The notes under the pieces are model-generated. The model had not been told where the DNA came from and made no database searches. It saw only the letters and a list, made by a program, of their open reading frames with translations. From a virus (Duplodnaviria > Heunggongvirae > Uroviricota > Caudoviricetes), in the IMG/VR virus record IMGVR_UViG_3300047560_001314: a stretch of 64,000 bases of DNA. The stretch is one strand, 5' to 3'. Shown here one piece after another: positions 58,343 to 64,000 of the stretch; position 1 is the stretch's first letter; every line of letters starts with the position of its first letter. Both the position numbers and the translations under genes were made by a program.

Positions 58343-58771
58343 CTATGAAATATTATCTGACGCTTGCAATGACTGCACATCAACTGTGAAATCATCAATT
58401 GAATAATCAAATGAGTCTGCACTGAAGTCAAGTGAGTTGGCCACATCGTCTGCGTCAACATCGAATGGGACCTCTAGTTCGATTTCAAAGTCAACAGTTG
58501 CAGTGACGGTTACTGTCTTTGTAAGTTCGAAGTCGCAAATCTCTGCAAGAGACTGTGCAACATTCTCGCTAATATCATTATCACGCAATGCCTCTATTAC
58601 GTATTCTTTAACTGTATTAATAAGGTTCTGGCGTTCGGCCTTAACGGTGAATGCATATGAAGAATTCTTAGAGACCTCATCTTGCAGGCGTGTGATGTAC
58701 TCATCCTTTTTCTCAATGAGTTCAAGTAGTGCAGTTGCTTGGCGCTCTAGATATTCTACTGTTGCTGACAT
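58343..58771 (-). CDS. acidic hypothetical protein
   Basis: 142 aa; RBS GAAAGAGG then CCCCC then ATG. Confidence 0.45.
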   Translation of the reverse strand: MSATVEYLERQATALLELIEKKDEYITRLQDEVSKNSSYAFTVKAERQNLINTVKEYVIEALRDNDISENVAQSLAEICDFELTKTVTVTATVDFEIELEVPFDVDADDVANSLDFSADSFDYSIDDFTVDVQSLQASDNIS

Positions 58772-58806
58772 GGGGGCTACCTCTTTCGTTTGTTGTTTAT
58801 ATTAAT

Positions 58807-58836
58807 TATACTCGTGGGCACTGACAAAAGTCAAGT
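58807..58836 (-). promoter_or_regulatory. sigma70 promoter TTGACT-N18-TATAAT (minus sense)
   Basis: Perfect -10. The -35 is embedded in the palindrome CTGACAAAAGTCAAG. Confidence 0.55.
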
Positions 58837-58841
58837 CCTAG

Positions 58842-58912
58842 CATACCCCCAAGGATTTGAACCTTGACCAACGACTTTGGAGATCGTGGTGCTACCGTTA
58901 CACTAGGGATAT
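58842..58912 (-). tRNA. tRNA-Trp (anticodon CCA), second copy
   Basis: Manual fold: loop CTCCAAA, D arm GTGC/ACAC, T loop TTCAAAT. Diverged from the array copy. Confidence 0.6.
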
Positions 58913-58917
58913 AGAGA

Positions 58918-58939
58918 GCAGTTTTACAACTTGCTCAGG
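58918..58939 (-). promoter_or_regulatory. conserved motif copy CCTGAGCAAGTTGTAAAACTGC, 5 nt upstream of the tRNA-Trp 5' end
   Basis: Sequence identity with the other copies. Confidence 0.4.
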
Positions 58940-58946
58940 TTAGTTT

Positions 58947-58987
58947 GGGGGAGAGGTTTGAACTAGGTATTGCTACCTCTCTCCCCC
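58947..58987. terminator. GC-rich hairpin (9-bp stem GGGGGAGAG/CTCTCCCCC)
   Basis: Direct inspection. Sits immediately downstream of the stop of gene 58996..59397. No clear U-tract. Confidence 0.3.
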
Positions 58988-58995
58988 AATTCTAA

Positions 58996-59397
58996 TTAGA
59001 GGTACTGCGCTACCTGCTTGAAAGTTGAGGCATTTACAAACTCCTCATCAGTCATCTTGAGAATACGAATTGCGTTCTCAATCTCTTGCGCTTCATATCG
59101 TGCAAGTTCTTGTTCAAGTTCCATTGAAGGCTTCTCAGGAAGTTTAACCAAACCAGCAGGAAGTGTAATAGTTACATTAACTTCGTTACGCCAGTTCTCA
59201 TGTGCAGAAACATCTGCCTTTGAGATTTGCTTAAACACTAGGTCTGCTACTTCTTTAGCATACGCCTTTTCTACCTTCTCGTAGTCCTTGCGCTTCTTTT
59301 CGTTTGTTGCAATAGCCTTTGTGCCAGACTCTAACTTTGCTTCAAGTGCCTTGATTACCTTAGCGGTTGCTACCTTTACTGAAATTGCTCTTGCCAT
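58996..59397 (-). CDS. hypothetical protein
   Basis: 133 aa; K/E-rich. Confidence 0.45.
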   Translation of the reverse strand: MARAISVKVATAKVIKALEAKLESGTKAIATNEKKRKDYEKVEKAYAKEVADLVFKQISKADVSAHENWRNEVNVTITLPAGLVKLPEKPSMELEQELARYEAQEIENAIRILKMTDEEFVNASTFKQVAQYL

Positions 59398-59505
59398 TGT
59401 GGGGTTTTCCTTTTCTGTTTGGGTTGTTAGGGGGTTAAGTGCTAGTTCTTACTTACGACATTGTGCGAGGACTCTAGCAAACTGCACCTGTTTCGTTATT
59501 CTATT

Positions 59506-59772
59506 TTACTTGGCTGTCCAAGTTGTATAGCGTGTTGAACCATCAACATTTAACTTTACACGAACATTACCATTAGCCTGTGGAATAATCTCCTGAATTG
59601 TTCCTGTAACCTTTGACTTCTGTGTTGTGTATAGGTCGCCTACCTTGTATGTGTTTGTTGCTACTGCCATTTTGTTTTTTCCTTTTCTGTTTGGGTATGT
59701 ATTAAGTATAACATTTTTCACCGACAAATACAAATCCGTCAGGCTATCAGTTACACTCTCTGTCTTGTTCAT
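59506..59772 (-). CDS. hypothetical protein (possibly small Tudor/KOW-like; alternative start at 59679)
   Basis: The internal ATG at 59679 has RBS AAAGGAAAA, identical to the upstream region of gene 58996..59397. Confidence 0.4.
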   Translation of the reverse strand: MNKTESVTDSLTDLYLSVKNVILNTYPNRKGKNKMAVATNTYKVGDLYTTQKSKVTGTIQEIIPQANGNVRVKLNVDGSTRYTTWTAK

Positions 59773-59838
59773 ATATATAATAATAGCAAAAAAATATCAA
59801 AAATACAAATCTTAAATGGTACAAATCGGACATCTTTT

Positions 59839-59881
59839 TGTGTTTAATCTCACATTTTATGGGCGTGTCGTAACTTGACAA
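59839..59881 (-). promoter_or_regulatory. promoter TTGTCA-N16-TAAAAT with a TGTGT-N6-TCACA CRP-like site overlapping the -10
   Basis: Read directly; the GGACGTCC palindrome at 59894-59901 is just upstream. Confidence 0.4.
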
Positions 59882-59992
59882 ATGGGGTGGGGCGGACGTC
59901 CCAAAATTCCAGGGGATCCGTTAGGACCCACTAGAACCAAGGAATGAAAGTATAACTAGTAATGACATGGCTAAGTAGAATGCTATAGACAT

Positions 59993-60712
59993 TTATTTTT
60001 TACTCGCACTGAATACAATATCACTCTTAGAGTATACACAAAGTGAACATGAAACGCAAGCGGAGCCCTGTTGTGAAATTAATGGAATGGCCTTTTTGTT
60101 TTCAGGACATTTTGCTCCAGGCTTACCAATCATTTCTTTCATGTCTGCTTGACCAATTGCAAAATTCTTAGCAAGGTAAGCAAGGCGTATACCATTTTTA
60201 TTCTTAAGGTCTACGCCAGTTTTTACATTCTCACTATCAGTACTGAAATAAAGTGATAGATTCGAAATATCCTTGAGGATGAGTGCTGCAGACTTTACTC
60301 GTGTGTATACCCAAAACTGGATATCAGGTTGCTCTTCAATAACTAGACGCCACGCATGTGCATAATCATCGTTAAAGAAGTCTCCGTCCCAGTGAATGCG
60401 AAATAGCAATGAAGCGTCTTTCTTTACACAATCAGTTTTAAATTCTGCAATCATCTCAGAAAGCAATGTGTACATCGTTTGACGGTCTGCGTCTTTAAGT
60501 AGGTCCCAGTTATGAAGTAGGTTAACCTTAACGCCTTTAAATAGTTTTTCTAGTTTGCCTGCATAGCAGACTGATTCGCATACACTTGTTGCTCCAGGGC
60601 ATGAGTATGCTTTACCAGCGGGGAGTCCAAAGGTGTTAGCAATTGTTGCAGTCTTACCATTAGGGGATACAGCATTAGTGACTTTCCTATCTTTAGAACG
60701 GATTAGTTTCAT
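59993..60712 (-). CDS. Cys-rich protein, 239 aa (possibly Gp37/Gp68 DUF5131-like)
   Basis: CPGATSVCESVCY at the N-terminus, CPEN...CVSCSLC at the C-terminus. RBS AAGGACCCCCACT. Confidence 0.45.
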   Translation of the reverse strand: MKLIRSKDRKVTNAVSPNGKTATIANTFGLPAGKAYSCPGATSVCESVCYAGKLEKLFKGVKVNLLHNWDLLKDADRQTMYTLLSEMIAEFKTDCVKKDASLLFRIHWDGDFFNDDYAHAWRLVIEEQPDIQFWVYTRVKSAALILKDISNLSLYFSTDSENVKTGVDLKNKNGIRLAYLAKNFAIGQADMKEMIGKPGAKCPENKKAIPLISQQGSACVSCSLCVYSKSDIVFSASKK

Positions 60713-60916
60713 AGTGGGGGTCCTTACTTTAGGTTATACTTTAATTGTAGCATTTCGCTCTGACATTTTCTACCCTTGCGAGTATATTTCTTTTTATTAG
60801 GCACGGCTGAAGCAGCATTAGAACGACGCAATTCCATTAGGCGTCTTAATTCTTCAGGTGTTTTCTTCATGTATTAATACTAACATACATACTCTTAAAA
60901 TGTCAAATTTGATCTA

Positions 60917-60945
60917 TGTGATACTGATCACAGGGGCACGTCCCC
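60917..60945. promoter_or_regulatory. CRP/GlxR-like site TGTGATACTGATCACA + GGGGCACGTCCCC
   Basis: Perfect TGTGA-N6-TCACA. Confidence 0.45.
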
Positions 60946-60962
60946 ATTTTCAGGGGAGATAA

Positions 60963-61298
60963 TTAAATATCTTCTTCATCTTCACGGAACACATATAACT
61001 TAACAGTATCAGTGTAATTGTATTCAGTTACATCTCTATCACCGTAGTCATTTACATGTGCAACATAATAAGTGTCACCTGTTGCATCTGATTGTATTCC
61101 TAGTACTGTTACGATATCACCTTCTACTTCGATGATATCTTCATCCATGAGTTGGTCTGGAGTTAATAGGTCAGCATAAATTAGTTCCATGCTTTTCATT
61201 GTAGCAGCCATTTTTAGTATTCCTCCTCTGGAAGCCATGGTGATAGGTGGTGTGCATCTACGATAGCCGATGCGGGTGCAGTTGTGTTGCCACGCCAT
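60963..61298 (-). CDS. acidic hypothetical protein
   Basis: 111 aa ORF. Confidence 0.35.
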   Translation of the reverse strand: MAWQHNCTRIGYRRCTPPITMASRGGILKMAATMKSMELIYADLLTPDQLMDEDIIEVEGDIVTVLGIQSDATGDTYYVAHVNDYGDRDVTEYNYTDTVKLYVFREDEEDI

Positions 61299-61489
61299 GA
61301 TACGCCTTCAGGCAATTCAATATCACGGTGGTAATCTTCCTCATAGTATGCGTCAATAGCATCTATGCATGGTTGAACCATGGTTAGCGGTACGGGTGGA
61401 TAGTGATTACCTTGCAAGTGGAAGCCGATAGCCTGTTCAAGAGTGATATCGATATTCTCTGCCAAATCAGTTGCTGTGTTAAGTCCCAT
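61214..61489 (-). CDS. hypothetical protein
   Basis: 91 aa ORF; overlaps the downstream gene. Confidence 0.3.
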   Translation of the reverse strand: MGLNTATDLAENIDITLEQAIGFHLQGNHYPPVPLTMVQPCIDAIDAYYEEDYHRDIELPEGVSWRGNTTAPASAIVDAHHLSPWLPEEEY

Positions 61490-61490
61490 A

Positions 61491-61706
61491 TTACTTACCC
61501 CCTACTTTTCCGTCACGATAGAATATCTTAGTATGCATTTTGCCATTAGGCTCTGATAGGTTAATTGTGCGGTACTCATTAGCAAAGCCATAGTCCACAC
61601 ACGCATTATAGACATTAACTGCCTCTAGTGCATTATCAAATCGCCCTACATATGAGGGAGTTGCTGAACCATCGTTGGTTGAGGTTACTGAGTATTCATA
61701 GTCCAT
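61491..61706 (-). CDS. hypothetical protein
   Basis: 71 aa ORF. Confidence 0.35.
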   Translation of the reverse strand: MDYEYSVTSTNDGSATPSYVGRFDNALEAVNVYNACVDYGFANEYRTINLSEPNGKMHTKIFYRDGKVGGK

Positions 61707-61707
61707 A

Positions 61708-61856
61708 TTAGTTGGCTTCCTTTACTAGAAATAGTTGGTCAATTAGGTTTGCGTTCTCCATGCTATCTGCAAGCATTTCAAGTGAGCAATGTGGGCAATA
61801 AAGTTCAAGAATATCAACGATATTCTCATTACACTTCATGCATGTATCTTCCATGA
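61708..61856 (-). CDS. zinc-ribbon mini-protein (ATG start; track used TTG at 61908)
   Basis: CMKCN...CPHCS; RBS GAAGGA. Confidence 0.3.
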
Positions 61857-62056
61857 GGGCTTCCTTCTTTCTACTTAATAACTTAATCTTAGCGTATAAC
61901 TCCGACAAATTGGGGAAATTCCTCGGCGTGTCTTAAAATTTTTTGCCTAGAATATGTGAAATAAATCACACTCACTTAATCCTATTTTGATCGATAGGGG
62001 GTGGGGCAGGGGTGTGACTAGTTATAGGCGGGGGTACCTATGACCAGTCGCTACTA

Positions 62057-62257
62057 CTAGTCAGTAGTCTTTACTGCGATAGTGCGGTAAGCGGTACGGA
62101 TAGAGTAGGGGACTCTAATCTCAACAAGATAAGCCTCCGCACCCTCATACCAAATTGCTTGAGGGTGTTTCTCGGCTGAGATAATTTCACCTGTTAGGGT
62201 CTTAGAGTTGTAAGTCTTTCCTACTAGTAGGGACTCAACGGAATAGAGATTAGCCAT
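62057..62257 (-). CDS. hypothetical protein
   Basis: 66 aa ORF. Confidence 0.35.
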   Translation of the reverse strand: MANLYSVESLLVGKTYNSKTLTGEIISAEKHPQAIWYEGAEAYLVEIRVPYSIRTAYRTIAVKTTD

Positions 62258-62366
62258 AGGGACTACCTTCTTTCTTTAATTAACTTGATATAAATATCTT
62301 ACATTATGGGGGCGACAAATATCAACTTACTAGCCAGTATTTTCAAATAGTAAGACGCTCAACTAA

Positions 62367-62408
62367 TGTGATAAATATCACTTGCGACACGCCCGAGTGC
62401 GGGACGTC
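62367..62408. promoter_or_regulatory. CRP-like site TGTGATAAATATCACT + GCGGGACGTCGC
   Basis: TGTGA-N6-TCAC, with GGGACGTC at 62401-08. Confidence 0.4.
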
Positions 62409-62456
62409 GCTCTGCATATCTATGCATGATTTTGCATAAATAAACAGAGCAACGAT

Positions 62457-62636
62457 CTATGAGTTTAGTTCTGTATTTTCTTTTATGTAGTCTTCAAAAT
62501 CTGCAAGACCGCAACGATATGCGATAGGGTCACAATTCTTTAGAATTTGTGAGGGAGAGAATTTATAGATTCCAATTTCAAAGAAACCTTGTTCATCTAA
62601 AATTTCATCATAGAGTTCTTCTAGTGCGTTTATCAT
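62457..62636 (-). CDS. small hypothetical protein (59 aa)
   Basis: Not in the track; coupled to its neighbour by a TAATG overlap. Confidence 0.3.
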   Translation of the reverse strand: MINALEELYDEILDEQGFFEIGIYKFSPSQILKNCDPIAYRCGLADFEDYIKENTELNS

Positions 62637-62801
62637 TTATTTATTCCCCTTTTCATAGAGATAGAACCAAGCCTTACGGCACATCAAAATAGATTCACAA
62701 TTATCGCAACAGATAATTTCATTGTTTAATTCTAGGTCATAGATATCTATGCTAGTTGTTTTATCTCCACATATGGAGCGGACATTTATATAAGTGCTCA
62801 T
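62637..62801 (-). CDS. Cys-rich mini-protein (54 aa)
   Basis: CGDK...CCDNC. Confidence 0.3.
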   Translation of the reverse strand: MSTYINVRSICGDKTTSIDIYDLELNNEIICCDNCESILMCRKAWFYLYEKGNK

Positions 62802-62980
62802 TAGTTTGAACCTTTCTTTTCTTCTTGCAATTTAATTTGCATAGCACGAACTTGAGATAGCCATGGACTACCTGCAACACGAGCCTCATGGATAAGGCGA
62901 TTACGCTCTTGCTGTGCTTGAGCAAAAGCCTTGAAATATGCGTGAGTATTTGCATCACGCTCTTTTTGTGTAAGTGACAT
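62801..62980 (-). CDS. small helical protein (59 aa)
   Basis: Protein-like composition. Preferred over the overlapping track ORF 62761..63012. Confidence 0.3.
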   Translation of the reverse strand: MSLTQKERDANTHAYFKAFAQAQQERNRLIHEARVAGSPWLSQVRAMQIKLQEEKKGSN

Positions 62981-63083
62981 TTTATGTCCTTTCTTTGTTG
63001 AAACCTTTTCAACCTTTTATATATAAAAGTATAGCAGGGGGGTCTGACAAATGGGAGGGTGCAAATCGGACATTTTGGACTTT

Positions 63084-63124
63084 GTGAGGTAGGTCACATG
63101 TGATGTAGACCACACTGGGACGTC
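63084..63124. promoter_or_regulatory. palindrome TCACATGTGA + GGGACGTC
   Basis: Variant arrangement of the same half-sites. Confidence 0.3.
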
Positions 63125-63134
63125 GATTTTAGTT

Positions 63135-63156
63135 GAAAGTTCAAGCAGTTTTAAAT
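63135..63156 (-). promoter_or_regulatory. conserved motif copy CCTGAGCATGATTTAAAACTGC
   Basis: Sequence identity with the other copies. Confidence 0.35.
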
Positions 63157-63281
63157 CATGCTCAGGATCCCACTGCAGGCCTATTTATTTAGTTTTTTGC
63201 TTTCATTAACTGCCAAGGTAATTGCAAAAACAATTGGTGCCCATAGCATTAACTGCACTAGTGTTGTTAGGATTCTATTCA

Positions 63282-63398
63282 TTATTCCTCCATCATTTCA
63301 TTAAAATCATCTTGTGCATGATATGTTTCAAAGTGAGAATATTTTTCTCTCTTAGTCACTTTAGCCCCACAGGAAATGCATGTGTAAAGTTTACTCAT
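63282..63398 (-). CDS. zinc-ribbon mini-protein (38 aa)
   Basis: CISCG...H..H. Confidence 0.25.
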   Translation of the reverse strand: MSKLYTCISCGAKVTKREKYSHFETYHAQDDFNEMMEE

Positions 63399-63568
63399 AG
63401 TTCACACGCCTTTCTAAAAGTATCTACTTTGAAATTAGGATTATCTGACTCAAACATTGAGGCAAATTCTTCAACTAAGTCATCATAGTCTAACGCTGAT
63501 TGCATGTATGGTTTTGCAAAAGTTTTTAGAATTTCAGCGGTAGCCACATAGTCTTTGCGAGTCATCAT
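63395..63568 (-). CDS. small hypothetical protein (57 aa)
   Basis: ATGA-coupled to the downstream zinc-ribbon gene. Confidence 0.3.
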   Translation of the reverse strand: MMTRKDYVATAEILKTFAKPYMQSALDYDDLVEEFASMFESDNPNFKVDTFRKACEL

Positions 63569-63876
63569 TATGCGATACCTACCAATTCAAGAAACATTTC
63601 TGTACCGCCCTCGTTGATACGATAGACTTCTTTTTCAATTGAAGCCCAAGACATATCTTCAAGGTCAGGCATGCACTCATCAATTGCCATTTTGTTCATG
63701 GCAATAAATTCTTCACCAAGATTTACAATTTGTTGAAGGTATGGGTAAGTTTCTGCAACCTTAGAAATAAAGTTGTAGCCTTTGTGTTCAAAGGGGAAGA
63801 TAGCGAATGCAACAGTATTAGTCATTAGAGAGTAGCCTTTCCACGAAGAGTGCCAGAAATTGAGAGAGCGTCGCAA
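63568..63876 (-). CDS. hypothetical protein (true start may be the ATG at 63825)
   Basis: 102 aa ORF with a TTG start in the track. Confidence 0.35.
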   Translation of the reverse strand: MRRSLNFWHSSWKGYSLMTNTVAFAIFPFEHKGYNFISKVAETYPYLQQIVNLGEEFIAMNKMAIDECMPDLEDMSWASIEKEVYRINEGGTEMFLELVGIA

Positions 63877-64000
63877 GACACTTTGAGAGAAACACCGATA
63901 GGCAACGCCTTTGGATATTCTGAAATAAACTGAGCAACTGCACCCTTTGAAGGGAGAGAAACTGACTTAGTTGAGCCATTAAAAGACTCAAGTTTTACAA

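Noticed and set aside
60729-60872. 47-aa basic ORF between 59993..60712 and the next gene
   Set aside because: It has a weak RBS and overlaps a probable promoter (ATGTCA...TAAAGT) for gene 59993..60712.
62761-63012. Track ORF 62761..63012 (83 aa, K/H/L-rich)
   Set aside because: Low-complexity translation. Another frame on the same strand yields three compact protein-like mini-genes with coupled TAATG junctions.
1-64000. Prophage / integrase / attachment site
   Set aside because: No tyrosine or serine recombinase motifs were seen in any ORF. The tRNAs lie in an internal array rather than at an end, so there is no evidence for an integrated element.

Overview
This 64 kb window reads as part of a large tailed dsDNA phage genome. 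The host is probably an actinobacterium, inferred from a WhiB-like gene and leaderless/sigma70-type promoters. There is no integrase, so it is either lytic or the integration module lies outside the window.

The left arm (1-39979) is on the + strand, apart from a single minus-strand gene (2OG-Fe(II) oxygenase, 30819-31394). It carries:
- a tape-measure gene truncated at the window start, and a large tail module (2512-10050);
- a replication/recombination module: DnaB helicase, primase, PolIII alpha (DnaE), MazG, a RecA-like ATPase, a Cas4-like Fe-S exonuclease and a RuvC-like resolvase;
- small and large terminase subunits (21792-24087);
- an island of Sec-secreted proteins: an Ala/Thr-rich protein, a PA14-domain protein with EAKA repeats, a DUF885 HEXXH protein and an S8-like protein;
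- a lysis region: a CHAP plus PG-binding endolysin and holin-like membrane proteins;
- accessory genes: thioredoxin, SNase, WhiB-like, Hsp20, Dps-like and a collagen-repeat fiber protein.

The + arm ends at a minus-strand array of 10 tRNAs (39986-41241) interspersed with structured non-tRNA spacers.

A first minus-strand arm (41247-52026) holds densely packed small genes. These include:
- an RtcB RNA ligase operon with an SPFH protein;
- a PduO cobalamin adenosyltransferase;
- an HNH endonuclease facing a + strand T5orf172 gene;
- a tandem array of paralogous Cys-rich mini-proteins joined by a repeated 'QAIEKEL-stop-RBS' cassette.

At 52.5-53.2 kb there is an origin-like non-coding region with three perfect DnaA boxes, iterons and an AT-rich tract.

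A second minus-strand arm (53.2-64 kb) looks like an early region of small hypothetical genes. Its intergenic regions carry sigma70 consensus promoters wrapped in recurring modules: TGTGA-N6-TCACA (CRP/GlxR-like) sites, a palindromic GGACGTCC element, ATGTCCGATTT, and a 22-nt CCTGAGCA..AAACTGC motif. Two orphan tRNAs (Asp, Trp) are embedded in this arm.

All calls rest on motif recognition by eye in the supplied translations and sequence. No database search was possible.
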